Shown in pieces: positions 1 to 7,367 of a DNA stretch of 43,991 bases (position 1 is its first letter; each line of letters begins with the position of its first letter). A program made the translations under genes and the position numbers. The stretch lies in the sequence record KP869107, one strand, 5' to 3'. The notes under the pieces were generated by a model. The model did no database searches, was not told the origin of the DNA, and was given only the letters and a program-made list of their open reading frames with translations. The DNA is from Escherichia coli O157 typing phage 9.

Positions 1-270
1 ACAAATTTGCCTAATTGCCCTGGCCCACCAAGAGGAACAAAGTTATTCATCACGGCGTTGTTTGCGCCGGGGTCATGATGCACAGAATCCCCGTTTTTTG
101 TCCTGCTCTCCCTCTCTTGGTTAAATGACTGGTTATATGACTGGTTCTGGATCCCGTTTTTGGGATCATTCAACATCCCGTTTTTGGGATCATTCAACAT
201 CCCGTTTTTGGGTATATTCCCGTTTTCGGTAACATTACCGTTTTCGGGTTCATTGACCCCCTCTCGGTTG
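1..270. repeat. Direct repeat, copy 1 (matches 39093-39374 except one 12-bp unit)
   Basis: Read directly: acaaatttgcctaattgccctggcc... recurs at 39093; copy 1 has 2 units of atgactggtt(a/c)t, copy 2 has 3. Confidence 0.95.
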
Positions 271-479
271 CCTTTAATGTTCCCGTTTTTGGTTATATTA
301 AGAGAGAAAACCCGCACTCTTTTTGTCGCTCCCTTTCTCTCTCCGGTATCTGAAATAAGCCCCATTTTCATGAGCGATATAAGCCCGGCCTGCACGGTTT
401 TTTTATTCAGGCAAGTGTCTTTAACGAGGCGTTCTATGCTGGGGTAGCAGAGGTTATATTCATCGGCTCTGTCAGCCAT
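1..479 (-). CDS. Replication initiator, lambda O-like (N-terminal HTH domain plus iteron-encoded linker); C-terminus lies beyond the window start
   Basis: Minus-strand translation from ATG at 479: MADRADEYNLCYPSIERLVKDTCLNKKTVQAGLISLMKMGLI... (replication-initiator HTH signature), continuing through the iterons as NG-rich repeats; sits upstream of the P-like gene in the circular map. Confidence 0.6.
   Translation of the reverse strand, partial: MADRADEYNLCYPSIERLVKDTCLNKKTVQAGLISLMKMGLISDTGERKGATKRVRVFSLNITKNGNIKGNREGVNEPENGNVTENGNIPKNGMLNDPKNGMLNDPKNGIQNQSYNQSFNQERESRTKNGDSVHHDPGANNAVMNNFVPLGGPGQLGKF
151..300. repeat. Origin-like iteron array (about 6 copies of a CCCGTTTT(T)GG core, two perfect 24-bp units) inside the O-like gene
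   Basis: atcccgtttttgggatcattcaac at 151-174 and 175-198, degenerate copies to about 300; same arrangement as the lambda ori within gene O. Confidence 0.6.
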
Positions 480-569
480 CGAGAGCAGTATGAGCTTTAA
501 TGATGAGCTGCCTGGATCTGTCTCCCAAGCCCAATCTGTTGCATGTCTGCTCATGATTAATCTCCGCTA

Positions 570-770
570 TCAGCTTGAGTGTTGTGGGGAGGAATTAATC
601 ATGATCTGCTTAATCTCTGCCCTGATGCGACGGTTTGATTCCATGGTGCACTCAACACAGTGTCCGTTGTAAACCCAGCGTTCACTGTCATGTCCGTGCT
701 TACATTGTTTTCCGGTGTAATAGCGTTTAAGTCCGCGCTTTGCGGCATCAATACGTGTAATGATTTCCAT
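570..770 (-). CDS. Hypothetical small Cys/His-rich protein in the cII-equivalent position
   Basis: ORF with C-x-H-G-H...H-C-x-x-C cluster; track start at 833 is TTG, first ATG at 770; lies between Cro-like gene and O-like gene. Confidence 0.35.
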   Translation of the reverse strand: MEIITRIDAAKRGLKRYYTGKQCKHGHDSERWVYNGHCVECTMESNRRIRAEIKQIMINSSPQHSS

Positions 771-875
771 GGTAAGCCCTGTTATTAGTATTGGGATTAC
801 GGTTATTTTGTGCTGACACAAAAAAAAGATCAACCATATTTGGTTTTTTATTACCTTTGAGGTACGAATAGATAT

Positions 876-899
876 GAAAAGACCGCCGGATGGCGGTCT
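876..899 (-). terminator. Rho-independent terminator after the Cro-like gene
   Basis: Hairpin agaccgcc-ggat-ggcggtct followed by T-tract on the minus strand. Confidence 0.5.
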
Positions 900-920
900 A
901 CAGAGGGTTGTGGCTGGATA

Positions 921-1151
921 TCATGAGTAGAAGAAGTATGCCAGTTCTGCTTTTGAGCGCAGCCATTGTCTTGTTTTACAGGCTTTAAAAAGCCCATTCA
1001 TCAATACCTTACCTGGCATTTTGCGCTTACCTGTTAAGTGAGTCTGGATATAGTGACTCGTCGTTCCGGCTTCCTGTGCGAAGGCTTCACGCTCATCCGG
1101 AGTAAGTGCAAGCCAGTGCTTTTTGAAATCGAAATGTCCGTTATCGCTCAT
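921..1151 (-). CDS. Cro/CII-like HTH regulator, divergent from the repressor gene
   Basis: 76 aa, ATG at 1151; HTH-like segment LTPDEREAFAQEAGTTSHYIQTHLTGKR; divergent from the repressor-like gene across a 154-bp operator region. Confidence 0.5.
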   Translation of the reverse strand: MSDNGHFDFKKHWLALTPDEREAFAQEAGTTSHYIQTHLTGKRKMPGKVLMNGLFKACKTRQWLRSKAELAYFFYS

Positions 1152-1187
1152 AGCTATTGCCTGATATTTATTTCAGATAATAAATAT

Positions 1188-1250
1188 TCACCCATAAGGT
1201 AACAAAAATCAAGGATAGTTACCTATGGGGTGCATTTACCTGTTGGGTAA
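1188..1250. promoter_or_regulatory. Operator cluster: three TTACC-N5-GGTAA-type sites between the divergent repressor and Cro-like genes
   Basis: Sites at 1188-1202 (TCACCcataaGGTAA), 1219-1233 (TTACCtatggGGTGC), 1236-1250 (TTACCtgttgGGTAA). Confidence 0.5.
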
Positions 1251-1305
1251 TATTGCTTTAAATTGAATCATCTACTGATTCATATATGAGGCGATTTTCC
1301 AGAAA

Positions 1306-1890
1306 ATGAAAAGTATCCAGGACGTCCGCAGGCAAAATCTCAACGACTTGATCGACCGTGAATTCAATGGTGTTCAGACGCGGATGGCAGAAAAACTTGG
1401 AACTCAGGCAAATCTGGTAAACCGCTGGGCTCTTGGCAAGAAGGTTATCGGCGACCAGGTTGCGCGAAAAATTGAAGCTGCCGCCAATAAACCCCGTAAC
1501 TGGCTTGATATCGATCGCTCGCTTTCTCAGGAAGGTTTTCAGCCTGTCGGACCAAGCGACATTGGTCAACTGGCGGCTCACAACCTGGAACGCTGGATGA
1601 GCGAAAGCCGCGACCTTTCAACGCAGGGAAAACTTCACCGCGCATCCGGCGTCGCCCAGGTAACAATCAGCCGCCTGTTAAACAATGAGGTCAGCGTTTC
1701 CATTTCCACCCTGGAGAATGTTGCATCCGCATTTGGGCGTCACGGATATGAATTACTGATTCACCCGCACGACCCCGCGACTATCAACTATGACCGCTCG
1801 CGCTACGCATTGTTACCTGAAACAGAGAAGGCAAAGATCGAAAGTTACATTGAATTTGTCATCAACCAGAACGAAAAAAACAAACAATAA
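1306..1890 (+). CDS. Phage repressor-like protein with two HTH domains and no peptidase S24 (autocleavage) domain
   Basis: 194 aa, ATG at 1306; two HTH-like segments (MAEKLGTQANLVNRW... and ASGVAQVTISRLLN...); no Ala-Gly/Ser-Lys cleavage module recognisable. Confidence 0.55.
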   Translation: MKSIQDVRRQNLNDLIDREFNGVQTRMAEKLGTQANLVNRWALGKKVIGDQVARKIEAAANKPRNWLDIDRSLSQEGFQPVGPSDIGQLAAHNLERWMSESRDLSTQGKLHRASGVAQVTISRLLNNEVSVSISTLENVASAFGRHGYELLIHPHDPATINYDRSRYALLPETEKAKIESYIEFVINQNEKNKQ

Positions 1891-1910
1891 AATCATATTT
1901 TTCAGTAAGT

Positions 1911-1935
1911 AAGCCGCCTTATGGCGGCTTTTTTA
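1911..1935 (+). terminator. Rho-independent terminator after the repressor gene
   Basis: aagccgcc-ttat-ggcggctt followed by ttttt. Confidence 0.55.
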
Positions 1936-1947
1936 TTGCCTATTCGA

Positions 1948-2024
1948 TTACCTAACGGGTAATTTTTTTAACTCATATCTATTGACATCAAACCAGATAC
2001 GCATAATTATTACCTCAACGGTAA
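1948..2024 (+). promoter_or_regulatory. Promoter/operator region of the recombination operon (TTGACA flanked by two perfect TTACC-N5-GGTAA sites)
   Basis: Sites at 1948-1962 and 2010-2024; TTGACA at 1983-1988; located just upstream of the 2044 and 2199 genes. Confidence 0.45.
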
Positions 2025-2043
2025 CAGACCGAGGTAACAAGTT

Positions 2044-2196
2044 ATGCAGTGGAAAATCATCAACGGTTGGTACTGCGTTACTGCATGCGGATTCATGAGC
2101 TGGAAGTTCCGCACCTTACAGGAAGGCATTAAGTGGGCTTTCGTCAGCAAAGAAGCTCGCGATGTAGCCAACGATAACGAGATATGGGAGGGCTGA
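2044..2196 (+). CDS. Hypothetical small protein (50 aa)
   Basis: ATG at 2044 preceded by gaggtaacaag; below the track's 60-aa cutoff, found by manual translation: MQWKIINGWYCVTACGFMSWKF... Confidence 0.3.
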   Translation: MQWKIINGWYCVTACGFMSWKFRTLQEGIKWAFVSKEARDVANDNEIWEG

Positions 2197-2198
2197 TA

Positions 2199-2498
2199 AT
2201 GAACGTTAATCAGCAGAAAAATCTTCAAAAAATCATGCTGGCATTCGACAAGGACTACCGCCTGTCAGAACAGCTATATGACCGACAAGTTGAACTGATT
2301 GAGAGCATCCGACTTCATCAACTGTCCTCAACTTTTGACGTTGTAACAGGCAAAGGCGTTCGTCAGGAAGTACTGGAGGCTGCTAAAGACAGCCCTGAGT
2401 TCGAAGAACTGATGGATGCCTATCGGCGAGAGGCAATGGCAATTATCGCCCGCTGGGATCTGGCGGATCAGCTTGATGGACAGAGGGACGCGGCATGA
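2199..2498 (+). CDS. Hypothetical protein (99 aa), translationally coupled to the downstream recombinase
   Basis: ATG at 2199 with GGGAGG RBS; stop overlaps the ATG of the next gene (ATGA). Confidence 0.45.
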   Translation: MNVNQQKNLQKIMLAFDKDYRLSEQLYDRQVELIESIRLHQLSSTFDVVTGKGVRQEVLEAAKDSPEFEELMDAYRREAMAIIARWDLADQLDGQRDAA

Positions 2499-4255
2499 AA
2501 CCGGGAATTTATTTCGACATCAGCAACGAAGACTACCACGCCGGTGACGGCGTGAGTAAGTCGCAACTGGACATGGTTGCCAAGAATCCGTCGCTTCTTA
2601 AATGGGTCCAGGCAGCACCAGAAGACGAAGAGAAAAAGTCTGCACTGGATATTGGAACCGCATTGCACTGTCTGCTTCTGGAGCCTGGAGAATTCGACAA
2701 ACGCTTCATTGTTTCACCGAAGTTCGATCGTCGGACGAAACAAGGTAAAGCTGACGAAGAAGCATTTCTTCGTGATGTAGCGGATATGGGGATTACGGTA
2801 CTTGATGCCGAGCAGTGGCGGAAACTGGAGCTGATGCGTGATAGCGCAATGGCTCACCCGGCGGCACGCTGGATGCTGGAAGCACCTGGTTTCTGCGAAG
2901 CATCAATGTACTGGAATGATGAAGATACTGGTGAGTTGTGCCGCATTCGTCCAGACAAATGGCTGAACGAGCACAACGTGATCGTCGACGTGAAAAAGGT
3001 TGCAGATATGGACCGTTTTGCACGCCACATCGAGGAATTCCGCTACCACGTGCAGGACGCAATGTACCGCGAAGGCGCAATGAGGGTTACTGGTCAGCCG
3101 CATGGTTTTTTCTTTCTTGCCGTGAGCGAAAGCATTGATTGTGGTCGGTATCCGGTACGCGTGTTCGAGCTGGATGCGCCGGATGTCGATGCCGGGCACG
3201 CTCTGTTCCGCCGGGATCTGAATACCTATCACGAATGCCGCATAAATGATGAATGGGGCGGTGTGGAAATCATTAAACGCCCTGAGTGGGCACGCAAAAC
3301 AGGATATGTACATATGAGCAACGACATCGCAAACATCAACGCACCAGTAGACACAGCAATCGCTGGAACTGCTGCAACTATTTTCAGCCCAGACGGCTTG
3401 AACCAACTGATGAAATTCGCCGAGGTAATGGCGCAAAGCCGCGTAACGGTACCGGCGCACCTCGCCGGGAAACCAGCTGATTGCATGGCCGTGGCAATGC
3501 AGGCTGCGCAGTGGGGAATGAACCCGTTTGCCGTGGCTCAGAAAACCCATGTTGTGAACGGCACGCTAGGTTATGAAGCCCAATTAGTAAACGCAGTTAT
3601 CTCAACGATGTCGCCAACAAAAGATCGCATCAACTACGAGTGGTTCGGGCCGTGGGAACGCGTGATCGGTAAGTTTGTTGAGAAAACATCCAAAAACGGC
3701 AATCCATATATCGCACCAGGCTGGACTCTAAAAGACGAAGAAGGCTGCGGTGTTCGCGTATGGGCAACCATGAAGGGCGAGGATCAACCTCGAGTGCTTG
3801 AGTTAATGCTGTCTCAAGCACAGGTAAGAAACTCCACACTTTGGGCCAGTGATCCGAAACAACAACTCGCATACCTTGCGACAAAACGCTGGTCTCGCTT
3901 GCACTGTCCTGACGTAATCATGGGCGTCTACACACCAGACGAATTACAGGAAACGGCACCGCGCGTTGAGCGAGACATTACTCCGCAAACGACCACTGCT
4001 GCGGGAATGAACAGTCTGATCAACGCTAAACCAGTGAAAAAGCCTGATGAGCAAACTCGTAAAGCGGATAGCCGTGATCCAGAAGAAATGCTGATGGCCT
4101 TTACCAGCGCAGCGATGAATTACAGCACTGTCTCCGAACTGGATAAGGCTTACAAATACATTGCACAAAAACTTTCAGATGATGACGAACTGCTGGCAAA
4201 AGCCACCGACGTTTACAGCGTTCGTCGGGAAGAATTAAACGAAACATCTATGTAA
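2495..4255 (+). CDS. Recombination protein: N-terminal PD-(D/E)XK exonuclease domain fused to a C-terminal RecT/Bet-family annealase domain
   Basis: 586 aa; N-term DIGTALHCLLLEPGEFDKRFIVSPKFDRRTKQGK (PD-(D/E)XK / exonuclease VIII-like signature); C-term MAVAMQAAQWGMNPFAVAQKTHVVNGTLGYEAQ (RecT/Bet-like); single uninterrupted ORF. Confidence 0.65.
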   Translation: MKPGIYFDISNEDYHAGDGVSKSQLDMVAKNPSLLKWVQAAPEDEEKKSALDIGTALHCLLLEPGEFDKRFIVSPKFDRRTKQGKADEEAFLRDVADMGITVLDAEQWRKLELMRDSAMAHPAARWMLEAPGFCEASMYWNDEDTGELCRIRPDKWLNEHNVIVDVKKVADMDRFARHIEEFRYHVQDAMYREGAMRVTGQPHGFFFLAVSESIDCGRYPVRVFELDAPDVDAGHALFRRDLNTYHECRINDEWGGVEIIKRPEWARKTGYVHMSNDIANINAPVDTAIAGTAATIFSPDGLNQLMKFAEVMAQSRVTVPAHLAGKPADCMAVAMQAAQWGMNPFAVAQKTHVVNGTLGYEAQLVNAVISTMSPTKDRINYEWFGPWERVIGKFVEKTSKNGNPYIAPGWTLKDEEGCGVRVWATMKGEDQPRVLELMLSQAQVRNSTLWASDPKQQLAYLATKRWSRLHCPDVIMGVYTPDELQETAPRVERDITPQTTTAAGMNSLINAKPVKKPDEQTRKADSRDPEEMLMAFTSAAMNYSTVSELDKAYKYIAQKLSDDDELLAKATDVYSVRREELNETSM

Positions 4256-4304
4256 CCACCACCGCGGCGCCACACGCGCCGCACTGCAACCAAGAGAGGT
4301 ATTT

Positions 4305-4553
4305 ATGAAAGGTGCATTAGGTAAGAAGGAACTCCTGGCGGTGGTGCCACTGTCATGGAGCACTATCGACCGTATGGAGCGCGCAGGGGAATTTCCTAAA
4401 CGCTGGTATATCACTGACAAACGCTGCGCATGGAACCGTGACGAAGTTGAGCGTTGGCTTGATGAACGTCAGGCAGCAAGCCCGGCAGAGTTCCAGGGTA
4501 AAAAACCTCCTGTTCAGCAACGTGTATATCGTCCCGTGAGCAACGCTGCATGA
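4305..4553 (+). CDS. AlpA/excisionase-like DNA-binding protein
   Basis: 82 aa, AGAGAGG RBS; MerR-like HTH pattern LLAVVPLSWSTIDRMERAGEFPKRWYI typical of AlpA/Xis. Confidence 0.6.
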   Translation: MKGALGKKELLAVVPLSWSTIDRMERAGEFPKRWYITDKRCAWNRDEVERWLDERQAASPAEFQGKKPPVQQRVYRPVSNAA

Positions 4554-4662
4554 GTGCGCTGCTAAGGCACTGGAGCAAATGGTCAGGATGGTACTTATTC
4601 CTGGCCTCTGTTTCAGCATGGCTTTATCTGCTGGCATTAATTTTCAGAGAGGGTTGGATTAA

Positions 4663-4962
4663 GTGAGAAAGTTAAGCCGACTTGAAAAATATCACATGAA
4701 TAAGGTTTCAATGCGCAGTCCGTCAAAGATTGTCGCCGTTACTCCTGCGGCGATAGAGATCGAAAAACGCGCGATTGAAAGAGAGAAAAAAGGGCAGTTC
4801 CGCATTGCCGCTCACCTTTGGCTTCAGTGTATGGATGTTGCTTCTGGTGATGTTGAACGTGCAAGGATCGCGGTTCGCAGGGACCAATGTATCACAAAAG
4901 GTAACGGCCTTCGCCGTGGCGACTATAGCGGCATAGGATGTTGTGGGGTGGTTTATGACTAA
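4663..4962 (+). CDS. Hypothetical protein (possible small regulator)
   Basis: ORF from the track; track start is GTG, alternative ATG at 4711 has an AAGG RBS; no family recognised with confidence. Confidence 0.35.
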   Translation: MRKLSRLEKYHMNKVSMRSPSKIVAVTPAAIEIEKRAIEREKKGQFRIAAHLWLQCMDVASGDVERARIAVRRDQCITKGNGLRRGDYSGIGCCGVVYD

Positions 4963-5605
4963 GAAATACACACTAATCTATGCAGATCCACCCTGGGTAT
5001 ACCGGGACAAAGCCGCAGATGGTAATCGCGGTGCCGGTTTTAAATATCCGGTTATGAGTGTGCTGGATATCTGCCGCCTTCCTGCGTGGGATTTGGCCGA
5101 TGAAAACTGTCTGTTGGCCATGTGGTGGGTGCCAACACAACCACTCGAAGCACTAAAAGTTGTTGAAGCCTGGGGATTTCGTCTGATGACGATGAAGGGC
5201 TTCACGTGGATAAAATGTGGTAGTCGACAACCAGATAAACTGGTTATGGGTATGGGGCACATGACTCGCGCCAATAGTGAAGATTGCCTGTTTGCGGTAA
5301 AGGGAAAACTACCTACGCGCATTAATGCAGGGATCGTTCAGTCATTTACCGCACCGCGGCTTGAGCATTCAAGAAAACCAGATGTCGTTCGTGAAAAACT
5401 TGTGCAATTGTTAGGCGATGTTTCTCGCATTGAACTGTTCGCCCGCCAGTCGTCTCATGGCTTCGATGTTTGGGGTAATCAGTGCGAAGACCCGGCAGTG
5501 CAACTACACCCTGGATACGCGTTGGATATTGGCGGATTAACAAATGCATTCAGCAATGCTCCGCTGTCACCAACAGACAACCAGGGGCAGGAGCGTGCAG
5601 CATGA
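4955..5605 (+). CDS. DNA N6-adenine methyltransferase (DPPW motif; MT-A70/phage Dam-like)
   Basis: YTLIYADPPWVYRD catalytic motif; start taken at ATG 4955 (track start 4943). Confidence 0.7.
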   Translation: MTKKYTLIYADPPWVYRDKAADGNRGAGFKYPVMSVLDICRLPAWDLADENCLLAMWWVPTQPLEALKVVEAWGFRLMTMKGFTWIKCGSRQPDKLVMGMGHMTRANSEDCLFAVKGKLPTRINAGIVQSFTAPRLEHSRKPDVVREKLVQLLGDVSRIELFARQSSHGFDVWGNQCEDPAVQLHPGYALDIGGLTNAFSNAPLSPTDNQGQERAA

Positions 5606-5796
5606 ACAGGGCATCACCAGCAGATTTAAGGAAATGCCTTGAAACTGCAAACATGCTTGCACACAGCGGGATAAGGTTTGTTCCAATTCCCGCTGTCACT
5701 GATGCTGAATTTGCAACACTGTCAGCAATATTCGCAGATAAAATTGAATCACTGGCAGCAGAAGCCGAGATGGAAGAAAATCAGCAGAATAATTAA
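5602..5796 (+). CDS. Hypothetical small protein (64 aa), start overlapping the methylase stop
   Basis: ATG at 5602 within gcagcATGAac (ATGA overlap); convergent with integrase. Confidence 0.35.
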   Translation: MNRASPADLRKCLETANMLAHSGIRFVPIPAVTDAEFATLSAIFADKIESLAAEAEMEENQQNN

Positions 5797-5799
5797 ACG

Positions 5800-7050
5800 T
5801 TATTCCCCCGCCATCCACTTCTCAAACTTCGACGGGGAGAACGGAATCAGATCCGTATGCTCCCCGTTAATCCAGGAATCAATCATATCGGACCACTGCT
5901 GCAACATGTAGGCGCGCTGTCTGGCGTATTCCGCTTTGTTATATACGGCGCGCACACCTTTCTGCTCATGTGCCAGAGCCTTTTCAATCCAGTCTGAAGG
6001 ATAACCAGCCTCATGCAACAACGTACTGGCTGTACGGCGCATATCGTGTACGGTGAAGCCCTGAATATGCTCACCATCTTCATTTATTATTTTCACCGTT
6101 CTGTCGATCAGAGAGTTCAGCGCGGCATTAGATAATGGCTTCCGGAAATTGTAACGACCAGGAACCAGATATTCACTTCCACCAGCGCACATCTGCAACC
6201 CGACCAATATATCCTGAGCCTGTTTAGGCAGGTAAATAACGTGCGCCCGGCTTCCCTTCATGCGGTCTGAAGGAATTGTCCATGTCCATTTTTTAAAATC
6301 TATTTCATCCCACGTTGCGTTGGTGAATTCGCCTTTACGAACCATAGTGATAAGCACCAGCTTTAAAGCCATTTTCATAGTGCCCATAGCACCAATGGCA
6401 TCCAGCGTGCGGAAGAACAGGCCAATTTCTTCTGGTGTCAGTGTTCGCTCTCGTGGTTTAAATATGGCGATAGACGAAGGTTTAATGTCAGCCGCAGGAT
6501 TAAACAAACCATGACCACGGTCATTGGCGTGACGGTATACGCTGCTGATGATCTCCCTGGCCTGCACTGCTGTTGCCCGACCACCGCGTTCGACAATCCT
6601 GTCACACAAATCACGAACCATCGATGTGGTAATTTCAGCCATCATTTTGTTGCCAAGAACCGGAAGTATGTCACGGTCGATCACTGCCTGCTTCATTGCG
6701 CGGGTACTTTCAGCCAGGATGACGTGTTTCATATAACTGTCGGTATGTACCGCAAACGTCTCGGCACCACGAATCTTTTTGATACCGTCACGTTTAGCCG
6801 CAGCCGGTGACTGGCCTGCTTTAAGCAGCTTCTTTGCAGCAATCAGTTCTTCTCGCGCTTCTGCCAGGCTGATACCGTCACGCCCATACTGCCCGATTAC
6901 CAGTGTTTCGCGGCGACCGTTGATACGGTAGTCATAGCGAAACGAGACCGTACCTGACGTAAGCACAGCTACATACAGCCCGTCACGATCGGAAACTTTG
7001 TACAGTTTGTCCTGTGGCTTGAGGTTTTTTAATTTTGTATCGGTAAGCAC
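5800..7050 (-). CDS. int: Tyrosine-type site-specific integrase (P4-like family)
   Basis: 416 aa; N-term LTDTKLKNLKP; C-terminal catalytic region HDMRRTASTLLHEAGY...AHEQKGVRAVYNKAEY; GTG start. Confidence 0.85.
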   Translation of the reverse strand: MLTDTKLKNLKPQDKLYKVSDRDGLYVAVLTSGTVSFRYDYRINGRRETLVIGQYGRDGISLAEAREELIAAKKLLKAGQSPAAAKRDGIKKIRGAETFAVHTDSYMKHVILAESTRAMKQAVIDRDILPVLGNKMMAEITTSMVRDLCDRIVERGGRATAVQAREIISSVYRHANDRGHGLFNPAADIKPSSIAIFKPRERTLTPEEIGLFFRTLDAIGAMGTMKMALKLVLITMVRKGEFTNATWDEIDFKKWTWTIPSDRMKGSRAHVIYLPKQAQDILVGLQMCAGGSEYLVPGRYNFRKPLSNAALNSLIDRTVKIINEDGEHIQGFTVHDMRRTASTLLHEAGYPSDWIEKALAHEQKGVRAVYNKAEYARQRAYMLQQWSDMIDSWINGEHTDLIPFSPSKFEKWMAGE

Positions 7051-7092
7051 AATTCACCCGTATAAAAACCATTTTCATGACGGTATGAGAGT

Positions 7093-7339
7093 ATACCTTT
7101 AAGGTAATACCGTCACCTGTACCGCCGAAAAATATGGTGTAGAGTGAATAGAAATGAATACATAAAAACAAAAACCCTCTGTAAAAACAGAGGGTTAAAT
7201 TAGTATCTGAATAGGAATGAGTTGCTATGAGTTAGCTGTTAATCATTCCCACTCAATTATTTACGGCAACCATAACCAATTGAGTGATAACATTTTTCCA
7301 AAACTTCATTTTTTTAGTACCGTTTTATATACCGTCACC
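7093..7339. promoter_or_regulatory. Candidate attP / integrase control region
   Basis: Noncoding stretch upstream of int with direct repeats taccgtcacc (7108-7117 and 7330-7339), 9-bp inverted repeat cactcaatt/aattgagtg (7250-7286), and a TTACC-type site at 7093-7107. Confidence 0.3.
7165..7196 (-). terminator. Rho-independent terminator after the lysis cassette
   Basis: Hairpin aaccctctg-taaaaa-cagagggtt with T-rich tract on the minus strand. Confidence 0.5.
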
Positions 7340-7367
7340 GGAAATCAGTACCATGAAAAATGCCATG

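Noticed and set aside
1-270. Terminal direct repeats as attL/attR of an integrated prophage
   Set aside because: The repeat lies inside the coding sequence and origin of the replication initiator, the integrase is 5.8 kb internal, and no host DNA flanks either copy; a wrap-around of one genome unit explains it better.
151-300. Possible CRISPR array (short direct repeats)
   Set aside because: Repeats are 17-24 bp iterons with no unique spacers of regular length and sit inside a protein-coding frame; the architecture is that of a replication origin.
160-447. Plus-strand ORF of 95 aa with repeated GSFNIPFLG peptide
   Set aside because: It is the antisense reading of the iteron array inside the O-like gene; the repetition comes from DNA iterons and the minus-strand frame gives a coherent initiator protein.
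570-833. Calling the Cys/His-rich ORF a cII homologue
   Set aside because: Only positional analogy; no sequence similarity to lambda CII recognised and the track start is a TTG, so it is listed as hypothetical.
2903-3550. 215-aa minus-strand ORF, with several other ORFs at 2793-3486
   Set aside because: All overlap the well-supported plus-strand nuclease-annealase gene in antisense or shifted frames; low-complexity translations with no RBS context.
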